Below, piece by piece: positions 9,428-20,788 of a stretch of DNA of 64,000 nucleotides. A model generated the notes under the pieces. The model made no database searches, was not told where the DNA came from, and was given only the letters and a program-made list of their open reading frames with translations. How positions within the stretch are numbered: the first letter of the stretch is position 1; every line of letters starts with the position of its first letter. Both the position numbers and the translations under genes were made by a program. This DNA comes from an uncultured delta proteobacterium (GTDB taxonomy: Bacteria; Myxococcota_A; Polyangia; Polyangiales; B10-G4): positions 96,001 to 160,000 of the forward strand of contig CAVSGI010000017.1 of the NCBI GenBank assembly GCA_963727445.1. Direction: 5' to 3'.

Positions 9428-11467
9428 CTAGAGCCGGTGGGCGCCCCGGTACATGTGCACGCGGCGGCGCTCGCCGAGGTGGCCGCCCTCCATCTGCCCC
9501 TCGACCAGCTCGTAGCCGAGGAGCGCGAAGACGCGGCCGCGCAGGAAGAGCGGGCGCGCGTTGCCATACCAATCGACGCAGGAGGCGACGCAGTGGTCGT
9601 TGACCTGGCCGGCGTGCGAGGCGAGGGAGCCGACGGGACTGAAGGAGAGATCCTGAACGCGCAGGAAGAGGATGGACGCCGAGCCGTTTCGGAGCTGCAT
9701 GTAGCCGGGTGAGCCTCCGCTGCGCACGGGCAGTCCGAGCACGCCGCCGCCGTCACCATCCGGCTTGTAGAAGAAGCCGTGGCTGCGGGTCTCCCCCTGG
9801 GACGCGCCCCGCTGGGTGTAGCGGTCGCGAAGGCGCGGCTCGTCGCCGAGCTCGACGGCGCTGAAGTGCAGGTCTTGCCCGTCGGTGCCGACGACCACCG
9901 CGTCCCGTCCGAGCGCTTCGATGCGATCGACCCCGTGCGGCAGGGAGAGGCGGGTGACCTCTCCGCCGCGCGCGTAGGGATACGCGTAGACGTGCTTGTC
10001 CGCCGTTGCATCCTGCCATCCCCAGGAGCTCCCGGTGCCGTAGAGCACGTAGTCGCCGACGAAGCGGTTCTGGAACGAGTAGCCGCCGGTGGGGGCCACC
10101 AGGGTGGTGTACATCGACGCGTCGACGGCGTCCGTCGTCGCGCTGCCGAAGGCCTCGAGGGGCATGCGCAGAAGACCCACCGCACCCGCGCTCGCTTCGG
10201 GAGCCCACATCATGTCCCCGCCACCCTCGGCGCGCACCAGGACGTCGAGGTGATCGCCCTCGGCCTTGAAGGAGAACTGGTCGACGGGGTTACCCCACAC
10301 GCGCCGCGCGCCAGGGCGGGAGCCGTCGAGGGGCAGGCGATAGACCGCTGCGCGCGGACGCCGCTCGGTGACGGGCTCGTCGTCGGGCGCCGGATCCTCG
10401 TAGTCGCCGTAGTACCCCTCGGACACCCAGACGTAGACCGCGTCCGCGGCGACGTAGAAGTTGCGGCCGGGCGGTCCGACGATGGAGGTCGCCTCGCAGG
10501 GGAAACCGGCGGCGCCGAGATCGCATTGGACCACGGTGTGGAGCACGGGCGTCGAGGTCGGCTGCACGGGCCGGTAGATGCGCTGAGCGCGGACGATCTC
10601 GGACCACTCGCCGACGCCGCCCGTGTTCTGGGTCGCGACCGAGGGAAGGGTCGAGGTGAAGGTCGGCTCCCCGCGCTCCCAGCTCTGCTGGAACATGAAG
10701 TAGGGCATGTAGAAGATGAGCGTGTCGCCGATCAGCCGGCTCGCGTAGTTCCGCGACGAGTAGTAGTCGTTCGAGCGGAGGTAGTGCGTCGCGCGGTGAC
10801 GGACGATGCCCTCGTCGTCGATGTCGAAGAGGCCGAGCTCGGTGGCCCCCACCTCGTAGCTGAACCCCACCACGACGATGGTGTCGTCCGAGATCAGCAT
10901 CTCGTCGTACCACCCGCCGTTGCCGCGCCGCCCCGGAGGCGTCACGTCCACCATGGAGATGGGGCGGAGCTGATCGTCGCCGATGAGGGTGGTGAAGAGG
11001 CGACCGCGGCGAAGGACCACCAGGTGGTCACCGTGAACCTTGACGATGCCGCCCTCGTCGACGCCCTGCTCCTGGTTGTTGGTGACCGACTCGTCCTCGC
11101 TCTCGGCTTCGGAGGCTTCCTCCGCGGGCGCCTCGGCGGAAGCGGCCGTCGCCTCGGGCTGCGCCCCGCCCGAACGGGCCCTCGACCGGCGCTCCATCGC
11201 TTGGTAGCGCGCCACCATCTTCGCGATGGTCTCGTCGACGAAGCCGCGGAAGTCCGCGTCGGAAGCGAAGGCGCTGAGGTTGCCCGAGAGCGTCACGACG
11301 TTGTCTTCGATGGGGGTTTCGGGATCGCCCGCCTCGCCGCCGGCGCCGCCCCCGCCCGACACCAGCGGGTGGTCGACGGTCTCCCCCCGGGTGCACTGGA
11401 CCGCCAGCGCCACCGTTCCCAACAGACCCGTCAGGGCCACCAAACCGACAAGGCTCTTCTTCGTCAT
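9428..11467 (-). CDS. Secreted beta-propeller domain protein (Beta_propel family)
   Basis: Signal peptide; TNNQEQGVDEGGIVK signature; SQGETRSHGFFY; CVASCVDWYGNARP. Confidence 0.8.
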   Translation of the reverse strand: MTKKSLVGLVALTGLLGTVALAVQCTRGETVDHPLVSGGGGAGGEAGDPETPIEDNVVTLSGNLSAFASDADFRGFVDETIAKMVARYQAMERRSRARSGGAQPEATAASAEAPAEEASEAESEDESVTNNQEQGVDEGGIVKVHGDHLVVLRRGRLFTTLIGDDQLRPISMVDVTPPGRRGNGGWYDEMLISDDTIVVVGFSYEVGATELGLFDIDDEGIVRHRATHYLRSNDYYSSRNYASRLIGDTLIFYMPYFMFQQSWERGEPTFTSTLPSVATQNTGGVGEWSEIVRAQRIYRPVQPTSTPVLHTVVQCDLGAAGFPCEATSIVGPPGRNFYVAADAVYVWVSEGYYGDYEDPAPDDEPVTERRPRAAVYRLPLDGSRPGARRVWGNPVDQFSFKAEGDHLDVLVRAEGGGDMMWAPEASAGAVGLLRMPLEAFGSATTDAVDASMYTTLVAPTGGYSFQNRFVGDYVLYGTGSSWGWQDATADKHVYAYPYARGGEVTRLSLPHGVDRIEALGRDAVVVGTDGQDLHFSAVELGDEPRLRDRYTQRGASQGETRSHGFFYKPDGDGGGVLGLPVRSGGSPGYMQLRNGSASILFLRVQDLSFSPVGSLASHAGQVNDHCVASCVDWYGNARPLFLRGRVFALLGYELVEGQMEGGHLGERRRVHMYRGAHRL

Positions 11468-11576
11468 GCCCCGTCGGACCGGGGCCGATCGGCCGAGCTT
11501 TGTGATGACGACGAACTTTTTTTCGCGAGGAAGACGGGTGACCGACGCTCCGTAAGATGCCGCTATAATCCGCCCC

Positions 11577-12071
11577 ATGGAGGAGGAGCTCGAACAAGCG
11601 CTGCGCGACGCGGGCGTCTCGCGCGCGCAGATCGGTGGGGATGGGGTGTCCTTCGTCGTCGACGACGATCAGATCACCCTCTACCTCGGTGACGCCGAAG
11701 AGGTGGTCTGCGAATCGGTGGAGGACGCCCGCGAACGCATCCAGGCACACGCCGAGGAGACCGAGGCGGACCCGGAGGTCCAGGGCGCGATCGCGGAGCT
11801 CGCCGACTGGTTGGGCGCGCTGGTACGCGACGAGAGCGACACCCAGACCGCCGCGCGCGCCCTCACCGACAAGCTCCTCGAAGAGGCCGAGCGCCTCGAG
11901 CTGATCCATCACGAAAAGCTCAGCTACGTGGGACCGGTCGGTCAGGACGTGGTCTTCACGCCGGAGGGCAGTGAGCTCGCCTTCTTCGAGGACGACAACG
12001 GTCTGTACTGGACCATCCTCGTCACCGACGGCGACACCATCACCTACCGCGAGATCACCCTCGAAGCCTGA
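11577..12071 (+). CDS. Acidic hypothetical protein
   Basis: Native-looking codon usage; perfect TATAAT at 11564-11569, 7 nt before ATG. Confidence 0.65.
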   Translation: MEEELEQALRDAGVSRAQIGGDGVSFVVDDDQITLYLGDAEEVVCESVEDARERIQAHAEETEADPEVQGAIAELADWLGALVRDESDTQTAARALTDKLLEEAERLELIHHEKLSYVGPVGQDVVFTPEGSELAFFEDDNGLYWTILVTDGDTITYREITLEA

Positions 12072-12083
12072 GCGCTTCCCCGC

Positions 12084-12698
12084 TCACTCGGGGCAGCTGC
12101 CGAGCTGCCGGATCCGCGCACGCACGACCTCGTCGTCGATCTCGGGATCGGGCCGATCTCGGATCGCGGCCAACACGCCGCGCAAGGCGACGCATTCGTT
12201 GTGGTCGAGAGGCTCCGCCTTGGACTCGAGGGCGTCGGTGATCGAAGCGTTGATCTGGGCGCGCGCCTGCGCGGCGGCTTCCGGCTCCTCGGTGGCGAGG
12301 AAGGTGAGCTGCGCGTCGACGTCGCGCGGCATCCGGTAGCTCAGGTTTCGGATCATGGCGGCCAGGGCCCGGTTCGCGGCCGCGATGCCCAGAAGGCTTC
12401 GGGCCCGCCAGCGCTCCCCGTTCTCGCGGATCACCGCGTCGAAGGCATGGGCGACGGCGACCGTCTCCTGGACGGCTTCGGCGGCCATCCCCTGGGCGGT
12501 GTGGACGAGGGTCTCCACGTCCTCGGTCTGGGGGACGACCAGGCGCCGCGCCTGCAAGGCAGCGAGACGCGTGCTGGCTCGCTCGAACGACGGAGGCACC
12601 GGCTGATCGAGAGCGCTGTCGTCCACTTCCGGCGGTTGAGCGGCGGCGCCCCCGCACGCGGCGAGGCACAGAAAGAGGGTCGTGAAAAAGCGAGGCAT
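12084..12698 (-). CDS. Hypothetical lipoprotein, helical
   Basis: MPRFFTTLFLCLAAC lipobox; real start at 12698 within a longer spurious ORF. Confidence 0.6.
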   Translation of the reverse strand: MPRFFTTLFLCLAACGGAAAQPPEVDDSALDQPVPPSFERASTRLAALQARRLVVPQTEDVETLVHTAQGMAAEAVQETVAVAHAFDAVIRENGERWRARSLLGIAAANRALAAMIRNLSYRMPRDVDAQLTFLATEEPEAAAQARAQINASITDALESKAEPLDHNECVALRGVLAAIRDRPDPEIDDEVVRARIRQLGSCPE

Positions 12699-12883
12699 CG
12701 GCCCCCGATCCCACCGCCGAGCCGCCAAGTCGTCAACAAAGTGCGGCCTTCTCGGGGGCCCTGCGGTGCGCGAGGCCCTGGCCTTCTGCATAGGGGCCAC
12801 AGGCCCCAGGAGGTGGAACCCGCATTCGCCACCGGCAGGCTTCGGCGCCACGTAAACCCCCTGGATCCGCCCGATCCGCGCGG

Positions 12884-12899
12884 AGGCACGGGGGTTGCA
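12884..12899 (+). promoter_or_regulatory. Sigma54 (-24/-12) promoter
   Basis: AGGCAC-GGGGG-TTGCA, GG-N10-GC spacing, directly upstream of ATG12915. Confidence 0.65.
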
Positions 12900-12914
12900 A
12901 ACCCTCGCGGCGCA

Positions 12915-14285
12915 ATGACCCGCCAACTCCCCCTCTCTTGGCTTCTCCTCCTCGCAGCCGCCTGCGCCAACGGCGGCCAGGGCAGCGCGCGCGAAAGCGG
13001 CACCGGCGGCAAGGCCGACGGCTCGGGCACCGAGACCACCCTCGCCCGGTGCTGGATCCAGGCCGGCGTCGAGACCGGCGCCGCCACCGATCTGCTCACC
13101 TGCGCCAACGACGCAGCCTCCGGCGCCCACGTACAGCGCATCGAGGTCGCTGTCGGCGACGGAAGCCACGCCACCCTCGACCTGTCGACAGCGAACGAGA
13201 GCGAGACCGCGATCGGCCGCACCGCCTATCCGCTCACCCTCGAGCTCTTCGCGCGGATCGACGGCGTCGAAAAGGACTTCTCGATGAAACAGACGGTGGA
13301 GCAGGCGGAGGACCTCCAGGTCTCGCGCCCCTTCATCGCCCCCTACGATCTCTGGACCATCGTCGTCGAAAACCAGACGGCGCAGGGCGACGTCGGCTTC
13401 GATGCCCGCACCCTCTTCCTCGAAGGGGCCACCGTCACCGGGAGCAGCGAGGGCACGCTCGATGTCGCCGCCTCCAACGAGATCCTCGACGCGGGGGAGA
13501 CGCACACCTTCGTCGTGCCCGTGACCCGCGGAACGCTGGTGCTCACCGGTGCGGCCCGCGACCTCTCGGCGACCGACGTGCTGACGCCCTTCTCTCTCGA
13601 GAAGCCCGGCAACTATCAGCTCACCTCCGACGGCCTCTTCGAAGCCGAGGGCCCGAGCATGGAGGCACGCCCCATCGAAGGCGGGAACGACGCGCTGCGC
13701 TGCGGCCCCTACGACGTCGATGGGGCGACGCACCTCACCTGCTACGTCGTCGCTCGTCCGGGCGTCACCGTGGCCGACGCCACCGTCACCGTGGGCGGCG
13801 AGATGATCACCCTGCCCGCCGACGGCACGGTGATGGACCTGGGCCCGATGAGCGGCGACACCCCGATCTTCGCCTCGCTCCAGCTCGGCAAAGGCATCGA
13901 GGGCCTCGGGCGCGACCTGCCCCCGGTGGAAGGAGACCTGTCCGTGAACGCCGACACCGAGGCGGCGCTGACCTTCCCCTTCGGTCTGATCCACGTCGAG
14001 GTGGAGGTGGAATCCGACGTGCGGGCCGCCATGTTCGAAGGCCCCAACCCCTACACCGTCGAGCTCTCCCGTCGCTGGGGCAGCCTCACCGAGACGCAGT
14101 ATCAGCTGCGCGTGCGCCTCGGCGCCCCGGCCGGCCGCCACATCTGGTTCGCCGCGACCGAGGGCACGAACCACGTCGGCGGCGACGTCGGTGTCTTCGA
14201 GACCGAGACGCCCGATCGCTATCCGACGGTTCTGGTGGACGGCGAGCGCTGGCTGGTGACCCGCCGCGGTCCCGTTCCTCAGTGA
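12915..14285 (+). CDS. Hypothetical lipoprotein with GKAD motif, beta-rich
   Basis: MTRQLPLSWLLLLAAAC lipobox followed by GGKADG. Confidence 0.7.
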   Translation: MTRQLPLSWLLLLAAACANGGQGSARESGTGGKADGSGTETTLARCWIQAGVETGAATDLLTCANDAASGAHVQRIEVAVGDGSHATLDLSTANESETAIGRTAYPLTLELFARIDGVEKDFSMKQTVEQAEDLQVSRPFIAPYDLWTIVVENQTAQGDVGFDARTLFLEGATVTGSSEGTLDVAASNEILDAGETHTFVVPVTRGTLVLTGAARDLSATDVLTPFSLEKPGNYQLTSDGLFEAEGPSMEARPIEGGNDALRCGPYDVDGATHLTCYVVARPGVTVADATVTVGGEMITLPADGTVMDLGPMSGDTPIFASLQLGKGIEGLGRDLPPVEGDLSVNADTEAALTFPFGLIHVEVEVESDVRAAMFEGPNPYTVELSRRWGSLTETQYQLRVRLGAPAGRHIWFAATEGTNHVGGDVGVFETETPDRYPTVLVDGERWLVTRRGPVPQ

Positions 14286-14302
14286 GCTCGAAGCGCTACT
14301 TG

Positions 14303-15340
14303 CTAGCTGCAGTCGGGACAGCCGACGACGGGATCGCAGGGGTTGCAGACGCCGCTCCAGACGCAGCCGGAGATGCAATACTCCCAGTGGTAGGCGCTGC
14401 CGCAGCAGCGGTAGTTCGTCCCGAGGGTGGTGCCGCCCGGCGCGATGCGAAGACACTGGGCCCCGGACTTGGGGCGGCAGGGCCCGAAGGTGCAATCGGC
14501 GCGACAGGTGCGCTCGCCGCAGGGGTCGTCGTTGTTGCAGCTCGTCACCTCGCCGGGCATGCATCGGCCACCACCCATGCAAGAGCCCGCCACGAAGTCG
14601 CCCCACTGGCAGTCGTCACCGCAGGTGCGCGTGTCGGTTTCGGTGCCCGTGCCGCACGCGCCGCAGGACATCATCACGTCTTCGGTCTCGCCCGGGGTGC
14701 ACTCGCAGGGCGGGCCGGTGTCAGCGTCCACGCCAGCATCGGAGACGCCGCCGTCGGGCACCCGGGGCGGGTCGGCGCAGAAGCAGGCGCCATCGATGCA
14801 CGCGCGCATGTCGCAGCCCGCCTCCGGCGCGCAGTCGCCGTCCTCGACGCAAGGGGGCGGGCAGAGCTCGGGCATCTGCGCCGTGCAGGCCGGATCGATG
14901 CATTGCGCGTCGAGACATTCGGTGAGCTGAGGGCTGCCCGCGGGCGCCGGACAGGTGACCCCCGCGCAGTTGGTGGTGAGCAGCACCAGCGCCGCGTAGG
15001 ACGTGTCGAGGGTCAGGGTCACCCGCCGCTGCGCGACGATGCGTCCGCCGGCGTCCATCAACCGCACGCGCAGATCCACGTCGCCCGCGAGCGCGTCGTC
15101 GAACTCGGCGACGCGCACCGAGCGCAAGAAGTCCTCGGAGCCTTCGACCATCAGGGCCTCCTCGCGGACCTCGCCGGCGGTGGGTTCAGCGCGGCGCGCC
15201 AGGGAAGAGACCACCTGGCTGAACTGAAGCCCGGGGTGATAATCGGTGCGGAGGTCGACGGTGAGGCTGATCGGCTCCGGCGTACATGCGCCGGCGACGA
15301 GGAGCACCGCCATCGAGATCCGTCGCACCGGAGGAAGCAT
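14303..15340 (-). CDS. Cys-rich lipoprotein
   Basis: AVLLVAGAC lipobox; VDLRTDY N-domain, DGG/DAG linker, C.PGETE…CGACG..TRTC..DCQWG repeats. Confidence 0.7.
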   Translation of the reverse strand: MLPPVRRISMAVLLVAGACTPEPISLTVDLRTDYHPGLQFSQVVSSLARRAEPTAGEVREEALMVEGSEDFLRSVRVAEFDDALAGDVDLRVRLMDAGGRIVAQRRVTLTLDTSYAALVLLTTNCAGVTCPAPAGSPQLTECLDAQCIDPACTAQMPELCPPPCVEDGDCAPEAGCDMRACIDGACFCADPPRVPDGGVSDAGVDADTGPPCECTPGETEDVMMSCGACGTGTETDTRTCGDDCQWGDFVAGSCMGGGRCMPGEVTSCNNDDPCGERTCRADCTFGPCRPKSGAQCLRIAPGGTTLGTNYRCCGSAYHWEYCISGCVWSGVCNPCDPVVGCPDCS

Positions 15341-15407
15341 AGACGAAAACGTGCGGGCAACACCCTGGAGCCGCGATCCCCGCGACGCCCGAGCGACGCG
15401 TGACGCT

Positions 15408-15450
15408 TAAAAGGAGAGGCGTCTCGACCCGCGTGGGGGAGACGCCTCTC
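15408..15450 (-). terminator. Intrinsic terminator after the YegP-family gene
   Basis: 12-bp stem GAGAGGCGTCTC/GAGACGCCTCTC (15414-15425/15439-15450) followed by CTTTT on the minus strand. Confidence 0.7.
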
Positions 15451-15475
15451 GGGGGACTCCGCCTGGTCTCTGGGA

Positions 15476-16255
15476 CTAGAGGAGGTCGACCGCGGGCAGG
15501 AGCTCGATGATCGAGTCGCGACCGCGGATCGCGTTGCTGTGCGTGGAGTAGACCTCGCTCGTCCCGATGATCCGGCCGTTGCCGGCCTTCACGTTGAAAT
15601 AGTAGCCGCCGTCCGCGGACTGCTTCACGTCGTAGCTGTCGGCGTTTGTGCCGCGGTCCGCGACCGCGAAGGCGCCGTTGTAGGCCGCCGCCTCGGTGGA
15701 GTAGCCCTGGCTGCTGAGGACGATCTCTCCGTTGCCGGCGTGGAGGTTCCAGTAGAAGCGGCCGTCGTTGCCGGTGAAGACGTCGAAGCGCTCGCCGGTG
15801 CGGGTGGCCTGGTAGTCGAGGAAGGCGCCGACGTTGGCGCTGACGGTCTCGATGCCGCGGCGCGCGCCCGAAGCGGTGGTGTAGAGCTCACTGGTGCCGA
15901 TGACGCGACCGTTGGCCGCCTGGAGCACGAAGTAGTACTGGCCGTCGACCGAGTCGCGCAGGTCGTAGCGATGCGGCAGCTCCGCGTTGTCGAGGACCGA
16001 CAGGACGCCGCTGATGGCTGCGGTGCGGGAGGAGTAGCCCTGCGAGGAGAGGATCACCTCGTAGTTGGCGGCCTCGAGGTTGAAGTAGACGTCGCCGTCG
16101 GCCCCGGTGAAGAGGTCGAAGTGGGGCACGGCGCCGAGCTCCGAGGTGCCCGCGCCCGGGGCCGAGGGATCGGCGACGGGAGCGGCGCAGCCCTGGGCGA
16201 GGCCGGCGAAGAGGGCGAGGAGAAGAAGAAGCGTGGTGCTGCTGCGGGGGTTCAT
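15476..16255 (-). CDS. YegP/DUF1508-family protein with four repeats and a lipoprotein signal
   Basis: Four YF.L.A.N(G)..I.(S/T)S(Q/E).Y repeats; N-terminal LLLLLALFAGLAQGC. Confidence 0.85.
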   Translation of the reverse strand: MNPRSSTTLLLLLALFAGLAQGCAAPVADPSAPGAGTSELGAVPHFDLFTGADGDVYFNLEAANYEVILSSQGYSSRTAAISGVLSVLDNAELPHRYDLRDSVDGQYYFVLQAANGRVIGTSELYTTASGARRGIETVSANVGAFLDYQATRTGERFDVFTGNDGRFYWNLHAGNGEIVLSSQGYSTEAAAYNGAFAVADRGTNADSYDVKQSADGGYYFNVKAGNGRIIGTSEVYSTHSNAIRGRDSIIELLPAVDLL

Positions 16256-16301
16256 CGGTAGCTCCGTAAGTGGACGGGGTCGGGTGTCGGCTGAGTCCTA
16301 A

Positions 16302-16317
16302 AGCAACCCGGGTGCCA
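16302..16317 (-). promoter_or_regulatory. Sigma54 promoter for the YegP-family gene
   Basis: Minus strand TGGCAC-CCGGG-TTGCT, a perfect consensus match; AT-rich stretch upstream. Confidence 0.85.
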
Positions 16318-16407
16318 CATGTAGGTGTGATGAAATTACAGCAGAAAGCGCATCGAGGAGTTGTTTGATTGCATCAGATGGTTGCTTTGCTACAACTATT
16401 GTTGCGT

Positions 16408-17907
<1,500 letters not shown>

Positions 17908-17921
17908 ACTCGCGCCGCCAG

Positions 17922-18416
17922 ATGCGCGTCCAACCAAGAGCTCTCGCCCTGTCGCTCTTCCTCGCCGCCTGCGGCGGCGAAGCGGCGGAGGCGCCCCCGC
18001 CGAGCGACGGCGTCTCGGGCGGCGACGAGACCCCCGCCCCGCCAGCGCCCCGGGCCCGCGCCCTCGCGCGCTACGGCTGCGAGGACGAGACCTGGACCCT
18101 CACCTACCTCATCGACACGGAGGCGCGCAGCTGCGACGACCCCGCGACGTCGGCGCCGCTCACCATCGTGCAGAGGCCGGCCGAGACCGCCGGCGAACCG
18201 CAGCGCTTCGCCTTCACGCTCGCTTCCGACGCGGGTGGGGGCGAGGTCTGCCGCGCCCCGAGCGCCTGCCCCGAGCAGGATCACAGCTTCACGATCTTCG
18301 ACTCGGACCCACCGCGGGTGGAGTGGTCGTTTTCGCTCGCGGATGGTGGCGTCGAGCACGGGAGCGCGGCGGTGCTCCTCTGTAACGACGCGCCTCCCCC
18401 GCCCTGCGCAGAATGA
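17922..18416 (+). CDS. Hypothetical lipoprotein
   Basis: MRVQPRALALSLFLAAC lipobox; several Cys. Confidence 0.65.
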   Translation: MRVQPRALALSLFLAACGGEAAEAPPPSDGVSGGDETPAPPAPRARALARYGCEDETWTLTYLIDTEARSCDDPATSAPLTIVQRPAETAGEPQRFAFTLASDAGGGEVCRAPSACPEQDHSFTIFDSDPPRVEWSFSLADGGVEHGSAAVLLCNDAPPPPCAE

Positions 18417-18497
18417 GCCCCCGGCCCGTGCGATCCATTTGCCTCCTCGACCCTCACGCGCCTTGACCGCGCCTCGGGCTTTGTCGATCTTGCCGCC

Positions 18498-19085
18498 ATG
18501 AGAAGGCTCCTCGCACTCCTGCTCCCAGCGATCGCGTGCGGCGGCTCGCCACCCCCGGAGGCGGACGAGCCCATGCCCGACGCCAACGACCCGGGCTACG
18601 CCGCGAGCTTCGACGGCACGATGGACGAACGGGTCAGCACCTCGGCCGGCGAAGAGGGCGGCTTCGTAGTGCTGTGGCCGCGGATCGTGACCAGCGCCGG
18701 CACCGAAGCCCACGAAGGCGCCGCGGTGCAGGCGGCGCTCCGGGCGATCGTGGAACGGGTCGCCGATGGCGCACCAGTGGATGTGCGGCCCGAGCCGCAA
18801 CGCGCATGTCCGCAGAGCGGCTGCGCCGGGGTCGCGGTGGGCGCGGTGCTCCTCGAGAGCCAGAATGCCTGCGCGGTGGTGGCCACGGTGAGCCGCTCCG
18901 GTCCCACCCAGAGCGCGCTCGTCCCCTGGGCCGGCGAGGTGGAGCTCCGCAACCACAACGTACCCTTTCGCGAGCCGCCCGAGCAGCACATCCGCGTCGT
19001 CGACTTCCTCCCCTGCAGCGAGCTGAGCACTGCGCTGAGCGCCGGAGAACCAGAGATCGAGGCGCGGATCCGAGAGGCGCGTTGA
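18498..19085 (+). CDS. Hypothetical lipoprotein
   Basis: MRRLLALLLPAIAC lipobox; FVVLWPRIV…DVRPEPQRACP. Confidence 0.7.
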   Translation: MRRLLALLLPAIACGGSPPPEADEPMPDANDPGYAASFDGTMDERVSTSAGEEGGFVVLWPRIVTSAGTEAHEGAAVQAALRAIVERVADGAPVDVRPEPQRACPQSGCAGVAVGAVLLESQNACAVVATVSRSGPTQSALVPWAGEVELRNHNVPFREPPEQHIRVVDFLPCSELSTALSAGEPEIEARIREAR

Positions 19086-19182
19086 GCCAATGCGAGGTCA
19101 GAACGATTTCGGCCAAGAGGGAATGATGAAGGCGGGTCCGTCGTACGATCGATTTGGGAAGGTCTCGAGCCACCCAGCTGCC

Positions 19183-20769
19183 GTGCGCAAAGTATTTCTC
19201 TCCTCGCTCTTGATGACTGCGGCCGCCTGTGGCGGCGGCGCGAGCTCCACCACCCCCCTCGTGACGGGCACCGCCACCCCCGAGGGCGCGGAGGCCCTGG
19301 AGCTGGGGGAGACGGCCCACGGGGATACGAGCGACCGTGAGGACACCAGCTCGGCGACCTGCGGCGAGCCCGACGGGGCGGGGGACCAGACCTGGACCTT
19401 CACGCCCGAGAGCGAGGGCTGGTATCGCTTCCACGTCGAAGCCGGCTACGACGCCGTCCTGACCATTCGCGACGACACCGGCGGTGAGCTCGGGTGCAAC
19501 GACGACGCCGCCACCAAGCGCGAAGCCGAGCTCGCTGTGCCGCTGGTCGCCGGCCGCACCTACACGGTGGTCGTCGACGGCTATCGCGACAGCGAAGGGC
19601 GCTACGACCTGAGCGTCGAGTCGACCGACGAGGCGTTGCCCGAAAACCGCCACGGCCGCCTCGTCGTAGGCCAACCCGTGAGCGACGACACCACCAACGG
19701 CAGCGACACCATCACCCCCCAGTGCGGCTCGAGCGCCGGAAGTCGCGACCAGGTCTGGCATTTCGTCGCCCCCGAAGACGGCACGTACCAGTTCCAGGTC
19801 GAGGGCCAGTACGACTCGGTGATCGCGCTCTTGGACGAAAGCGGGGCCCAGCTCGACTGCAACGACGACTACAACGGCGAGCGCAGCCGCTCTCAGCTCA
19901 CGCGCACGCTCACCGCTGGCACCGTGCTCGGCGTGGTGGTGGATGGGTGGTCCGGTGGCGAAGGCCCCTACCAGCTCTCGGTCACCAGCATGGGCGGCGG
20001 CGCTTCGAACCCGCAGGGCGGCACCGTCGCCGTGGGGACGCCGGTCAACGGGACGACGACCGGCGGTCAGAATCGCTTCACCCCGAGCTGCGGGGCCGCG
20101 GCGAGCAGCCCCGACAACGTCTGGGAGCTCACCCCGACCCAATCGGGCACCTATCGCATCCACGTCAACTCGCAGTACGACGCCGTGGTCTCACTCTGGG
20201 ACGAGCGCGGCGCCGAGGTCGCGTGCAACGACGATCTGAACTCGACCTCCGAGTCCGAGGTGGTGGTGGGTCTGCAAGCCGGCCGGACCTACAACGTGGT
20301 GGTCGACGGCTACAACGGAGCCACCGGTGACTACCAGCTGCTGGTCTCGCCCGATGGCAGCGGCGCACCGACGCAGAGTCCCACGACCCAGACCGCGGCC
20401 TTCACCTCGTCCGGGACGATCACCCTCGGCCGCCCCATCAGCGACAGCACCGCGGGTGGCGCCGACATGGTTCAGGTCGGCTGCAACTCGGCCAACGCCC
20501 CAGACGACATCTGGGAGCTGACGGTCCCCCGTCGAGGCAACTATCAGATCCACGTCGCCGCACAGTACGACTCGGTGGTGGCGCTCCTCGACGCCCAGCA
20601 CGTGGAGATGGTCTGCAACGACGACCACCGGACGACCCGCGAGTCGCTGGTGCGTAGCCGCCTCGTGCCCCGAAACACGTATTACGTGGTGGTTTCGGGG
20701 TACCAGCAGGAGGCTGGGAGCTACGTGCTCACCGTGCGCCGCGAACCGAAGCCCGGGCGCCGCCCCTGA
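19183..20769 (+). CDS. Lipoprotein with four tandem PPC-like domains (start uncertain)
   Basis: Lipobox MTAAAC; four ~110-aa repeats each with D.(V/T/I)W…YD(A/S)V…CNDD…VVV(D/S)G(Y/W). Confidence 0.8.
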   Translation: MRKVFLSSLLMTAAACGGGASSTTPLVTGTATPEGAEALELGETAHGDTSDREDTSSATCGEPDGAGDQTWTFTPESEGWYRFHVEAGYDAVLTIRDDTGGELGCNDDAATKREAELAVPLVAGRTYTVVVDGYRDSEGRYDLSVESTDEALPENRHGRLVVGQPVSDDTTNGSDTITPQCGSSAGSRDQVWHFVAPEDGTYQFQVEGQYDSVIALLDESGAQLDCNDDYNGERSRSQLTRTLTAGTVLGVVVDGWSGGEGPYQLSVTSMGGGASNPQGGTVAVGTPVNGTTTGGQNRFTPSCGAAASSPDNVWELTPTQSGTYRIHVNSQYDAVVSLWDERGAEVACNDDLNSTSESEVVVGLQAGRTYNVVVDGYNGATGDYQLLVSPDGSGAPTQSPTTQTAAFTSSGTITLGRPISDSTAGGADMVQVGCNSANAPDDIWELTVPRRGNYQIHVAAQYDSVVALLDAQHVEMVCNDDHRTTRESLVRSRLVPRNTYYVVVSGYQQEAGSYVLTVRREPKPGRRP

Positions 20770-20788
20770 ATCAGTTACCCTCGGACCC

